This document shows, piece by piece, positions 18,968 to 27,980 of a stretch of 64,000 nucleotides of DNA. The translations under genes were made by a program, and so were the position numbers. The first letter of the stretch is position 1, and each line of letters starts with the position of its first letter. The notes under the pieces were generated by a model, which was given only the letters and a program-made list of their open reading frames with translations, was not told the DNA's origin and searched no databases. Origin of the DNA: Halorarum halobium (lineage in GTDB: Archaea > Halobacteriota > Halobacteria > Halobacteriales > Haloferacaceae); contig NZ_CP134949.1 in NCBI RefSeq assembly GCF_032116555.1, positions 1,054,001 through 1,118,000 of the forward strand, given 5' to 3'.

Positions 18968-19825
18968 ATGACCGACTACGGGGTCGTCACGCGAAACGCC
19001 GAGGAGGTCGCGTGGCCCGAGTTCGACCGCGGCTTCTACGAGGTGAAGGACGTCACCGGCCGCTCGGCCGAGCCGCTGGAAGACGCCGTCAACATGGTGT
19101 CCTGCTTCGGCGACAACGCGGCCGCCGAGTCCACCCCCGACCTCGTCCCGGTGAACGACGCCGGCGAACCCGCGACCCGCGACCGCACGTACTTCGACTG
19201 GGCGTACGTCTGCCCGACCCACGACGACTACCGCCGCGGCCTGCTGGAGATCATCGAGGACTGCGCCGAGGTGAACGGCGACGTCCGCCTCGACGACGTG
19301 GGGTTCCCCCGCCAGGGCTACTGCCGGTGTGACCGCTGTCGGCGGCTGTTCGAGGAAAGCGAGCACGAGGAGTGGGCGGACTGGCGCGCGGAGGTCATCA
19401 CGGCGTTCGTCGCCGAGGCGACCGAGCGGATTCCCGGCCGCGCGTACCTCACGCTCTACCCGGACCCCTACCCGGGACACCTGTACGAGCGCGCCGGCCT
19501 CGACCTCGACGCGCTGGCCGACCACGTCGACGAGTTCGTCGTTCCGCTGTACGACACCCACTACGGGACGACGTACTGGCTCGAGACCATCGCGAAGGGG
19601 TTCGTGAGCCGCCTTGCCGACCTGGACGTCGAGTTCTCCGTGGAACTGTACGCCGTCGACGTCGACATCGACGACCTGGTCCACGCGACGGAGGTCGCGG
19701 AGGCGTACGCGAGGGAGGTGTTCTTCGGCTACGACGCGGGACAGGCGTCCGCGATGATCCGCCGAAAACGGGCCGATTCGAGGGAGGGCGAATCGTTCGG
19801 GAGCGATGGCGAGCGAACGGAGTGA
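18968..19825 (+). CDS. Conserved hypothetical protein, possible glycoside-hydrolase-like TIM barrel with CxCxxC
   Basis: Strong host codon bias; VRLDDVGFP..GYCRCDRC...W..WR...IT.FV pattern resembles GH-like barrels. Confidence 0.6.
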   Translation: MTDYGVVTRNAEEVAWPEFDRGFYEVKDVTGRSAEPLEDAVNMVSCFGDNAAAESTPDLVPVNDAGEPATRDRTYFDWAYVCPTHDDYRRGLLEIIEDCAEVNGDVRLDDVGFPRQGYCRCDRCRRLFEESEHEEWADWRAEVITAFVAEATERIPGRAYLTLYPDPYPGHLYERAGLDLDALADHVDEFVVPLYDTHYGTTYWLETIAKGFVSRLADLDVEFSVELYAVDVDIDDLVHATEVAEAYAREVFFGYDAGQASAMIRRKRADSREGESFGSDGERTE

Positions 19826-19874
19826 GCGAGGGTGAGCGACCTGAACACCGTCGCTCCCACGCCGACCGATGCCG

Positions 19875-20549
19875 CTACCGGTTCTCCTCGACCGTCTCGC
19901 CGCCGGAGCCGAGCGTCGTCGCCGTCGGGAGCCGCCAGTCGAAGCGGACCGCCGCCAGCCGGACCAGCACCGTCACCGCCGCACACGTCGCCGCGGCGGT
20001 GCCGGCGGCTCCGCCCAGCCCCGTCACGAGCACGTGCGTCCCGCCGCCGAGCACCGCACAGCTCGCGTAGAAATCCTCGAACAGGATGAACGGCGACCGG
20101 TCGAGCAGCAGGTCGGCGAACGCGCCGCCGCCGACCGCGTTGATGGTGGCGACGGCGACGACGCCGAACGTCGGGAGACCGAACTCGACCGCCACGATGG
20201 CCCCGGCCGTCGTGAACGCCGCGAGCCCCACGGCGTCGGCGACGCGGGTGACGGCGTGGTCGTCCGGCGAGTCGAGCACGACGCTCAGTCCGAGCGCCAG
20301 CCCCACCCCCAGCAGCCCGAGGGCCATCTCGCCGGTCGACTGCAGCGCCAGCGGGATGCGACCGACGAGCACGTCGCGGGTCGCGCCGCCGGCGAACGCG
20401 GTCGCGAGGCCGACGACGGCGACCCCGAACAGGTCGAACCCCTCGCGGATCGCCTTGGCCGCGCCGACCAGCGCGAACGCGACGAGTCCGACCGTGTTCA
20501 TCACCGCGAACGGGTCGCCGAGCAGCGTCCCGCCGAGTTCCTGAACCAC
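19875..20549 (-). CDS. TRIC/UPF0126 (YadS-like) membrane protein
   Basis: G..AFAL.GA.KA..D.FG....TAFAGG..RD and DAVGLAAF..G....GGG...D.L....P duplicated halves; GTG start inferred. Confidence 0.9.
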   Translation of the reverse strand: MVQELGGTLLGDPFAVMNTVGLVAFALVGAAKAIREGFDLFGVAVVGLATAFAGGATRDVLVGRIPLALQSTGEMALGLLGVGLALGLSVVLDSPDDHAVTRVADAVGLAAFTTAGAIVAVEFGLPTFGVVAVATINAVGGGAFADLLLDRSPFILFEDFYASCAVLGGGTHVLVTGLGGAAGTAAATCAAVTVLVRLAAVRFDWRLPTATTLGSGGETVEENR

Positions 20550-20697
20550 TGGCTCGGCCCTCGAACGGGCGCGTAATGAGCACACCGCTTCGACCGCGTG
20601 TGACCGTCCGCCCGTGCCGGTCGGCCCGCCGGAATCGACCGACTCGCAGTTTCGCCCCGCGAGTTGGTTTTATTCGGACCCGCCACGAACGGCGTTC

Positions 20698-21960
20698 GTG
20701 GACCTGTACGACCGGCTGTACGAACTGTACGCGGAGTTCGACACCGAGACGCTGCGCGCCTACCGGGAGTTCGTCGACCTGTTCCCGCCGCTCGGCTCCC
20801 GCGTCGCGCTCGACCGCTGGGACGAGGCCAACGGGGCGCTCGCGGAGCGACACGCCGGCATCGAGGCGGCGTTCGAGGACGGCGACGTCCTCGCGTCCAT
20901 CGCCCAGCGGGCCGACCGGGAGGCCGCCTTCACCGCGCTCGACCTCCGGGGGAAGTACGGCCGCGCGGTCAACGCGCTCGTGCTCGACGTGGACGAGACG
21001 CTCCGCTCGGCGGGCGATACGGACAACGAGATCCCCCGCGAGACGCTCCACCTGCTGACCGAGTTCGCGGAGAACGGCGTCCCGCTCGTCATCTGCACCG
21101 GCCAGACGCTGGAGAACGTGAAGGGCTTTCTCGTGCAGGGGCTCGGGAGCGAACTCGTCCACTCGGGCGACGTGTCGGTCGTCTACGAGGCCGGCGCGGG
21201 CGTGTTCACGCCCGGTCGCGGCGCGGACACGAAGCGCCTGCTGTACGACGACCTCGACGGGGACGTCCGCGGCGTCGTCGACGACGTCCGCTCGCGCGTG
21301 CTCCGCGAGGCACCGGAGTCGGTCCGTCGCGGCTGTCACCTCCAGGGAAACGAGTTCAACGTCACGCTGAAGCCGAACTACGAGACCGGAAGCGACCGCG
21401 CGGACGAGGTGATCGACGGCGGGATGGCCCACCTGCTCGCGCTCGTCGGCGAGGCGGCCGCGGAGCGACTCGACGGCGGGGGGACGGACGCCGGGGGCGA
21501 CGGCGGAACGCTCGACGGCCCGGCCGCCGCCCGCGCGTTCTACGCGGACGCCGACCCCGAGATCGAGGCGTCGCTCCGGCGTGCCGGCGCCGGGATCCCC
21601 GACGAGGTCGACTCCGACGCGGCCGCGCTGTTCGAACGCCTGGAGGTCGCGCTGTACCGCGCCGACGCGGCGGAACTGGCCGCGAGCGACCTCGACAAGG
21701 CCGCGGGCGTCCGGGCCGGACTGGACGCGCTCGGCGTCGACGACCCGTTCGTCTGCGTGATGGGCGACAGCAAGTCCGACCTGCGGCCGATGCGGTGGGC
21801 GACCGAGACGGGGTCGGGGATCGCGGCCGCCCCGGCCCACTCCTCCGAATCGGTGCTCGAGCACGTCCGCTCGACGGACGACCTCGTGTTCGCGCCGGGC
21901 GGTGCCGACGAGATCCTCCGGACGGTGTACGCGCTGAACCGGCTGGCCGGCCTGGAGTAA
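20698..21960 (+). CDS. HAD-superfamily hydrolase
   Basis: LDVDETL (motif I), ICTGQ (II), K..G (III), MGDSKSD (IV); GTG start at 20698. Confidence 0.85.
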   Translation: MDLYDRLYELYAEFDTETLRAYREFVDLFPPLGSRVALDRWDEANGALAERHAGIEAAFEDGDVLASIAQRADREAAFTALDLRGKYGRAVNALVLDVDETLRSAGDTDNEIPRETLHLLTEFAENGVPLVICTGQTLENVKGFLVQGLGSELVHSGDVSVVYEAGAGVFTPGRGADTKRLLYDDLDGDVRGVVDDVRSRVLREAPESVRRGCHLQGNEFNVTLKPNYETGSDRADEVIDGGMAHLLALVGEAAAERLDGGGTDAGGDGGTLDGPAAARAFYADADPEIEASLRRAGAGIPDEVDSDAAALFERLEVALYRADAAELAASDLDKAAGVRAGLDALGVDDPFVCVMGDSKSDLRPMRWATETGSGIAAAPAHSSESVLEHVRSTDDLVFAPGGADEILRTVYALNRLAGLE

Positions 21961-22132
21961 CACCGCGGCCGACGCCCCGTGAGTCGGCGGCGTCGCTCCC
22001 ACGTCACGCGTCCGTTTCGACCGTCCACCCGGAGCCGCTCGACGCCTCAATCGCCGATCCCGCCTCCCCATCGAAGTGTCACGTATCCAAAGACATATTG
22101 TCGTCAGCTGCGAACCATTTGTGGAACGTCAC

Positions 22133-23035
22133 ATGTCGCCCGTGACCCGGCTAGAGGAGAGTCGGTTCATCTCCGACGACCGGCCGAGCGTCGCGGTCGT
22201 CCGGAGCGTCGCCAGCACGCTGGAGGTGAATCCGACCGACGTGCCGATCGTCTCGAACGTCGTCGACCCCGAGGCGCTCGACGCGGTCGTCGAGGGGGAG
22301 CCGACCACGAGCGTCACCGTCCCCCTGGCCGGGCTCTCCGTGACGGTGAACGGCTCGATGGAGGTCGTCGTCCGCGATCCCGGCTTCCGAGCGACCCTGG
22401 AGCGGTTACGCCGCGCGCCCTCGAACGTCCTCGTCCTCGGAACGCCTGAGATCCCGCTGGATCGGGTGCTGTGGTCCGACCCGTTCGTGGAGCGAGGGGG
22501 CAACCGGGGGCCACTCGTCACGGTGGTTCCGGCGGAGTCGGGTGCGGCCACCGGCACCCACGTCCCGGGGACGCGGTCCAGGGTGGCCGTCGTCATCGTC
22601 GGCGACTTCGTCCGGTCGAGAACGTCGGAGCCGGATTCGGCGCCCGAGACCCCGGAGAACCTGACGATCCGGTCGATCGGGCGGCCCTCCGACCTCACTG
22701 CGCTCGGACTGTCCGTCCACGAACAGCTCTCCGTCTGGGCCGACGCGGACCGGCCGACGACTGTCCGCGTCTCCGCCATCGAACAGCTGCTCGACGAGGT
22801 CGAGACGGCCCGGCTGTTCCGGTTCCTGCACCTCCTCGTCGGGCGCGTCCGGCTCGACGGGGGCCGCGGTCGCTACTTCGTGGACCCCGAGCGGGTCGAC
22901 CGGACGGCGCTGCGAACGCTGGAGCCGCTGTTCGACGCCGTCGTCACGGTCGAGGAGAACGGCGACCGGACGATCGAGGTCCACGACCCGACCGTCACCG
23001 CCGGGGTCGACGGCACCGACCTGCGGCTCGGGTAG
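22133..23035 (+). CDS. HalOD1-like output domain fused to an inactive KaiC/RecA-like domain
   Basis: N-terminal PSVAVV..VA......P...VVDPEALD (HalOD1); C-terminal P.DLT.LG...LFRFLHLL.GR....L.PLFDAVV; no Walker A. Confidence 0.6.
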   Translation: MSPVTRLEESRFISDDRPSVAVVRSVASTLEVNPTDVPIVSNVVDPEALDAVVEGEPTTSVTVPLAGLSVTVNGSMEVVVRDPGFRATLERLRRAPSNVLVLGTPEIPLDRVLWSDPFVERGGNRGPLVTVVPAESGAATGTHVPGTRSRVAVVIVGDFVRSRTSEPDSAPETPENLTIRSIGRPSDLTALGLSVHEQLSVWADADRPTTVRVSAIEQLLDEVETARLFRFLHLLVGRVRLDGGRGRYFVDPERVDRTALRTLEPLFDAVVTVEENGDRTIEVHDPTVTAGVDGTDLRLG

Positions 23036-23120
23036 TGCCGCTCGGGCAGCTACCCGGCCGGTCGCTGCGACGATGTGTCACCGTGACCGAACGGGTCGGC
23101 CGCGACTCCGAGGAGACGAC

Positions 23121-23426
23121 TCAGGGCCAGTCGCCGGGGAGCGACTCGGCCGACTCGTCGAGCAGGACCAGCAGCGGTTCGAAGTCGTCGAACGCCGGCC
23201 CCCGGCTGACCCGGTCATCGGTCCCGTTCCACTCGACGTATCCCGACTGGGCGAGCATCGGAAGGTGTGTGTGGTGGAGGTCGAGTCGGACCTCGTCGTC
23301 GCTCACCTCGCCCGACGAAACGATCGGGAGGGCCCGGATCGCCTCGTTCTCACCGCGTTCGAGCAGTTCGGCCAGGATTACGCGTCGAGTCCCGTGGGAC
23401 AGCACGTGGAACAGCTCATCGAGCAT
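23121..23426 (-). CDS. Small winged-HTH (DUF7344/ArsR-like) protein
   Basis: LF.VLSH..RR.IL..L ... LHHTHLP.L...GYVEW ... RGP.FD...PLL. Confidence 0.75.
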   Translation of the reverse strand: MLDELFHVLSHGTRRVILAELLERGENEAIRALPIVSSGEVSDDEVRLDLHHTHLPMLAQSGYVEWNGTDDRVSRGPAFDDFEPLLVLLDESAESLPGDWP

Positions 23427-23737
23427 GACCCGTCTGTGCGACCGGCGATGAAATGGGTGTCGCCCCGGCTATCAGTTCGTGTATCTCGCGGCTTCCACGC
23501 CGCTTTTTCGCCGTATCGTTTCTTCGCCGCCTCGCTTCTCTGCCGTATCACTGCTTCGTCACGTCGCTTCTCCAAAACCCGATGTCGCTCGCGGCGTGTC
23601 CACCGGCCGACCTCGACGGCGCTCTCACGTCCATTTCCCGAGTTCCGATCCCACCCGGCCGGGTGGGAAACTCGAACGTGCCCCCGAAACCGTTACGTGC
23701 CCCGATACGGTTCGCGCGTGCCCCGCCTCCGACCGAA

Positions 23738-23761
23738 GATTTACCTGCAGCCGAGTAAATC
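23738..23761. promoter_or_regulatory. Inverted repeat GATTTAC-N10-GTAAATC containing a TrmB-like site (TACC-N7-GAGTA)
   Basis: Read directly, 7 bp upstream of the ATG at 23769. Confidence 0.55.
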
Positions 23762-23768
23762 ACGACCC

Positions 23769-25007
23769 ATGAGCCGGAACTACGAGTCGCTCCACGACCC
23801 GAACGCGGAGTACACGATGCGGGAGCTCTCCGCGGAGTCGATGGACGTGCGGGCGAAACGCGGCGGCGGCCGCGACGTGGAGATCACGGACGTGCAGTGT
23901 ACGATGGTGGACGGCAACTTCCCGTGGACGCTCGTGCGCGTCTACACCGACGCCGGCATCGTCGGCACCGGCGAGGCGTACTGGGGCGCGGGCGTCCCCG
24001 AACTCGTCGAGCGCATGACGCCGTTCGTCGTCGGCGAGAACCCGCTCGACATCGACCGCCTGTACGAGCACCTGATCCAGAAGATGTCCGGCGAGGGCTC
24101 CGTCGAGGGCGTCACCGTGACGGCCATCTCCGGCATCGAGATCGCGCTCCACGACCTCGCGGGCAAGATCCTCGACCTCCCCGCCTACCAGCTGCTCGGC
24201 GGGAAGTACCGCGACTCGGTCCGGGTGTACTGTGACTGCCACACCGAGGAGGAGGCCGACCCCGAGGCCTGCGCGGACGAGGCCGAACGCGTCGTCGAGG
24301 ACCTGGGCTACGACGCGCTGAAGTTCGACCTCGACGTTCCCTCCGGGTATGAGAAGGACCGCGCGAACCGCCACCTCCGCCCGGGCGAGATCCGGCACAA
24401 GGCAGAGATCGTCGAGACAGTCACCGAGCGCGTGAAGGACCGCGCGGACGTCGCGTTCGACTGCCACTGGACGTTCTCGGGCGGGTCGGCCAAGCGCCTG
24501 GCGAACGCCATCGAGGAGTACGACGTCTGGTGGCTCGAGGACCCCGTCCCGCCGGAGAACCTGGAGGTACAGGAGGAGGTCACCAAGTCCACCGTGACGC
24601 CCATCACGGTCGGGGAGAACCGCTATCGCGTCACCGAGGAGCGCCGCCTGATCGAGAACGGCGCGGTCGACATCATCGCGCCCGACCTCCCGAAGGTCGG
24701 CGGGATGCGCGAGACCCGGAAGATCGCCGACGTGGCGAACCAGTACTACGTCCCGGTCGCCATGCACAACGTCGCCTCGCCGGTGGCGACGATGGCCTCC
24801 GCACACGTCGGCGCGGCCGTCCCCAACGCGCTCGCCGTCGAGTACCACAGCTACGAGCTCGGCTGGTGGGCGGACCTGGTCGAGGAGGACGTCATCGAGG
24901 GGGGCTCCATCGAGATCCCCGAGGAGCCGGGGCTCGGCGTGACGCTCGACATGGACGCCGTCGAGGCGCACATGGTCGAGGGCGAGACGCTGTTCGATCC
25001 GGCATAG
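23769..25007 (+). CDS. gad: Mandelate racemase/enolase-superfamily sugar-acid dehydratase, probably D-gluconate dehydratase
   Basis: MSRNYESLHDPNAEYTMRELS..., DGNFPWTLVR, KFDLD, DCHW, WLEDP, GEN, MHN; resembles haloarchaeal Gad/XacD, closer to Gad from recall. Confidence 0.75.
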   Translation: MSRNYESLHDPNAEYTMRELSAESMDVRAKRGGGRDVEITDVQCTMVDGNFPWTLVRVYTDAGIVGTGEAYWGAGVPELVERMTPFVVGENPLDIDRLYEHLIQKMSGEGSVEGVTVTAISGIEIALHDLAGKILDLPAYQLLGGKYRDSVRVYCDCHTEEEADPEACADEAERVVEDLGYDALKFDLDVPSGYEKDRANRHLRPGEIRHKAEIVETVTERVKDRADVAFDCHWTFSGGSAKRLANAIEEYDVWWLEDPVPPENLEVQEEVTKSTVTPITVGENRYRVTEERRLIENGAVDIIAPDLPKVGGMRETRKIADVANQYYVPVAMHNVASPVATMASAHVGAAVPNALAVEYHSYELGWWADLVEEDVIEGGSIEIPEEPGLGVTLDMDAVEAHMVEGETLFDPA

Positions 25008-25022
25008 CCGGATCGAACTCAC

Positions 25023-25092
25023 GGCGCGAAGCGCCGGGTAGTTCGAGGAAGCGTAGCTCCCTCAGACTCGCCGAGCTCGCTCGGCGTCGTTC
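25023..25092. repeat. Short hairpin cluster downstream of gad (related to the GNA-triloop repeat)
   Basis: GGCGC-GAA-GCGCC, AGC-GTA-GCT, CGCCGAGC-TC-GCTCGGCG. Confidence 0.4.
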
Positions 25093-25279
25093 GATCCGGC
25101 GTGTTCCGGTTCGTCCTCCCCGACGAGCGCGTCGGTCCAGATTCGAGCGGCCGAGCCCCGAGTCGGCCGTGCTTGCGTGCGGACTCTCACTTGCATGCGA
25201 TTGCCGGGCTGGTCTCCAAGCGGCTGGGCCCCGTAGGTCAGCAGAGAGTTCGAATGAGCCCGTCGTGGACGGAGTCGGC

Positions 25280-26257
25280 ATGAGTTCGAGTTCGGGCGTC
25301 GTCGAGAACCCCATCAAGCGCTGGCTGCTGCTCACCGGAAGCCGTTTAGTCATTTCGCTCGTGGTTATCGTCGGTATCGTCGCCCTGACGGCGGCCCTGA
25401 CCGTCACCGGCGTGCTCTACGTGGGGGCCGGAAGCAACCTCTCGACGGTGCTCGCGAGCGGGATGCTCTCGGGACTGCTCACGCTGGTCACGGTCGCGCT
25501 CTCCATCAACCAGCTCATCCTCTCGCGGGTGTTCGGCACCCCATCCGACCTGAGCGACACGGTCGAGGGGAGCATCGAGTTCCGCCAGCGGGTCGAGGAC
25601 ATCGCAGACCGGCGGGTGAGCCCGAACGAGCCCTCCGAGTTCCTGGCGCTCATGGGGCGGACGCTGACCGATCGGGCGGAGTACCTCCGCGCGAACCTGG
25701 ACGGGAACGTGAGCGACGCCGCGGCCGCCCGACAGTTCGTCGACGGCCTGACCGACTACGGCGACCACGTCGCGAACGCCGGTGACACAACGGACGCCTT
25801 CGAGGTCATCCGGATGTCGCTCGGGACGACGTACGCGGAGTTCCTGACGGACGCCCGTCGGCTCAAGCCCTCCGCACAGGTCCTCTGGGACGAGGAGGCG
25901 GATGCGCTGGAGGAGGTGCTCTCGCTGCTGAAGGCGGTCGCGACGATGCGCCAGTTCTACAAGACGCTCGCCATCCAGCAGGACCTCGCCCGGCTGTCGC
26001 GCCGGCTCATCTACACCGGGTTCGCGGCCGTCCTGGTCTCGCTCTACCTCGCACAGGTGTACACGGCGTCGTCGTCGCTCCCGACGACGCTTCCCGAATC
26101 CGTGATGCCGGTCGTCGTGAGCGCGGCATTCGGGGTTCTCCTCTCGCCGTTCGTGGTGCTCGTCGTCCACCTGCTCCGGGTCGCGACCGTGACGTTGTAC
26201 ACGGCCTCCGTCGGCTCCTTCATCCCGCCCGTCGAGAGCTTCGAGGAGACGGAGTGA
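25280..26257 (+). CDS. Conserved haloarchaeal membrane protein
   Basis: RWLLLTG.R, TLVTVALSINQLILSR, RQFYKTL..Q.DL..LSR, LRVATV; four TMs. Confidence 0.75.
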   Translation: MSSSSGVVENPIKRWLLLTGSRLVISLVVIVGIVALTAALTVTGVLYVGAGSNLSTVLASGMLSGLLTLVTVALSINQLILSRVFGTPSDLSDTVEGSIEFRQRVEDIADRRVSPNEPSEFLALMGRTLTDRAEYLRANLDGNVSDAAAARQFVDGLTDYGDHVANAGDTTDAFEVIRMSLGTTYAEFLTDARRLKPSAQVLWDEEADALEEVLSLLKAVATMRQFYKTLAIQQDLARLSRRLIYTGFAAVLVSLYLAQVYTASSSLPTTLPESVMPVVVSAAFGVLLSPFVVLVVHLLRVATVTLYTASVGSFIPPVESFEETE

Positions 26258-26350
26258 GGCGGATCGCTGGCAGGTCGCCTCCGCCCCCGGTCGGGTCGGC
26301 AACCATCCCCGACGGGCGGATTTATCGGCCTCCGCGCGTACTATGTTACC

Positions 26351-27328
26351 ATGCAACAAGATGGCGTCGCGGCGGACGGCTACACGGTCGACCATCGACT
26401 CTCGGACGCGGAGGGGAACATCCATCGGGCGTGGGACAACTCGCTGGACCCGGTGCTCACCGTCGAGTCCGGCGAGGTCGTCCGGTTCGAGTGCCGTGAC
26501 GCGGTCGACCGCCAGATCGACGTGGAGACGACCGCCGAGGACGTGCCGGACGTCTCGTTCGATCCGGTCCACCCGCTCACCGGACCGGTGTACGTCGAGG
26601 ACGCCGACCCCGGGGACGTCCTCGAGGTCGAACTGCTCGACCTCCAGCACAAGGGCTGGGGGTACAACACGTTCTTCCCGGGCGAGATGGGGCTCGGGCT
26701 GCTCCCCGAGGAGTTCGACGAGCCTGGCATTCACGTCTGGGACCTCCAGGGCGACGTGGGGAAGTTCGTGAACGGGATCGAGGTTCCGCTCGACCCGTTC
26801 CCGGGCGTCATCGGCAACGCCCCGGCCAACGCAGGCGAACACGACACGCTCCCGCCCCGTGACGTCGGCGGCAACATGGACGTCAAGCACATGACCGCGG
26901 GATCGACCGTCTACCTCCCGGTCGAGGTGGAGGGCGCGCTGTTCTCGACGGGCGACTGTCACGCCGCCCAGGGCGACGGCGAGGTGTGTGTCACGGGCGT
27001 CGAAGCGCCGATGTTCGTCACCGCGCGCTTCTCGGTCAGGACCGACATGGACGTCGAGCAGCCCCAGCTGCACACGGGCGGGCCGTTCACGCCGACCGGC
27101 GCGGACGAGCCGATGTACGCGACGACCGGCATCGACCCGGACCTCATGGAGGCGACGCGGAAGGCGACCAGGCACATGATCGATCACCTGCACGAGCATC
27201 GTGGGCTGACGCGTGGCGAGGCGTACCTGCTCTGCTCGGCGGCGATGGACCTGAAGATCAGCGAGGTCGTCGACGCGCCCAACTGGACCGTCACGGCCTA
27301 CGTCGCGGACGGCATCTTCCCGGAGTGA
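26351..27328 (+). CDS. Acetamidase/formamidase family protein
   Basis: HPLTGPVYVE.A.PGDVLEV, GGNMD, GDCHAAQGDGEVC, EAY.LCS. Confidence 0.92.
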   Translation: MQQDGVAADGYTVDHRLSDAEGNIHRAWDNSLDPVLTVESGEVVRFECRDAVDRQIDVETTAEDVPDVSFDPVHPLTGPVYVEDADPGDVLEVELLDLQHKGWGYNTFFPGEMGLGLLPEEFDEPGIHVWDLQGDVGKFVNGIEVPLDPFPGVIGNAPANAGEHDTLPPRDVGGNMDVKHMTAGSTVYLPVEVEGALFSTGDCHAAQGDGEVCVTGVEAPMFVTARFSVRTDMDVEQPQLHTGGPFTPTGADEPMYATTGIDPDLMEATRKATRHMIDHLHEHRGLTRGEAYLLCSAAMDLKISEVVDAPNWTVTAYVADGIFPE

Positions 27329-27364
27329 GGCGGGCAAACGGGGGAAGCGGTCGCTGGCGCGCCG

Positions 27365-27895
27365 CTACTCGCCGCCGTCGCCGCGCAGTCGGTCGACGAT
27401 ACGCTCGCCCATCCCGCGGGCGTCGGGTTCCAGCAGGTCGAGTTCGTCGCCGACCGATAAGGGGCCCGCATCGAGCACGTCCACACAGATGCCGCCCCGG
27501 CGCTCCTTCAGCGCCCGCGCGACGCCCTTCTCCCCCGCGACCTGCTCGACGTGCGCGCACGGCGGTCGGGGTCGCGTCCCGCGGAACGTCGCCCCGCCGA
27601 TCCGGAACTTAGCGCCGAGCAGGTCGTGGAGTTCGTCGGTGCCGACGCCGCGGAGGACGACGTTCCGGCGGTGGCGGCCGTCGGTGAGGTCGAGGTCGAA
27701 CGCCTCGCGGATCTCGTCGACGGCCTCGGCCGCGACGAAGGTGACCTCACAGACGTCGAACGGCGAGTAGTAGCCGGTCCCGAGCAGGTAGCGGTCCCCC
27801 TCGATGCCGCCCTCGACGCACTCGACCCGGTCGTACCGGACCATGGGGGCCGAGTCCTCCGGCGCGGTGAACAGCGCCTCTACGTGGGGATCCAT
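27365..27895 (-). CDS. MOSC domain protein
   Basis: GIEGDRY, RRNVV.RG, F.GTRPRPPC, RGGIC..V...G.L.VGD; start MDPHVEAL at 27895. Confidence 0.88.
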   Translation of the reverse strand: MDPHVEALFTAPEDSAPMVRYDRVECVEGGIEGDRYLLGTGYYSPFDVCEVTFVAAEAVDEIREAFDLDLTDGRHRRNVVLRGVGTDELHDLLGAKFRIGGATFRGTRPRPPCAHVEQVAGEKGVARALKERRGGICVDVLDAGPLSVGDELDLLEPDARGMGERIVDRLRGDGGE

Positions 27896-27980
27896 GCTAG
27901 AATCATCTTCACGGATTCGGTTAGTTCTTCGTCGGTTTCGGATCGTGGTTCGTCGCTGGGTCTCGCTGGTCGCGACCGTG

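Noticed and set aside
23490..23575. Pyrimidine-rich degenerate repeats (GCCGTATC, GCTTC)
   Set aside because: No consistent period or second locus; treated as low-complexity intergenic DNA
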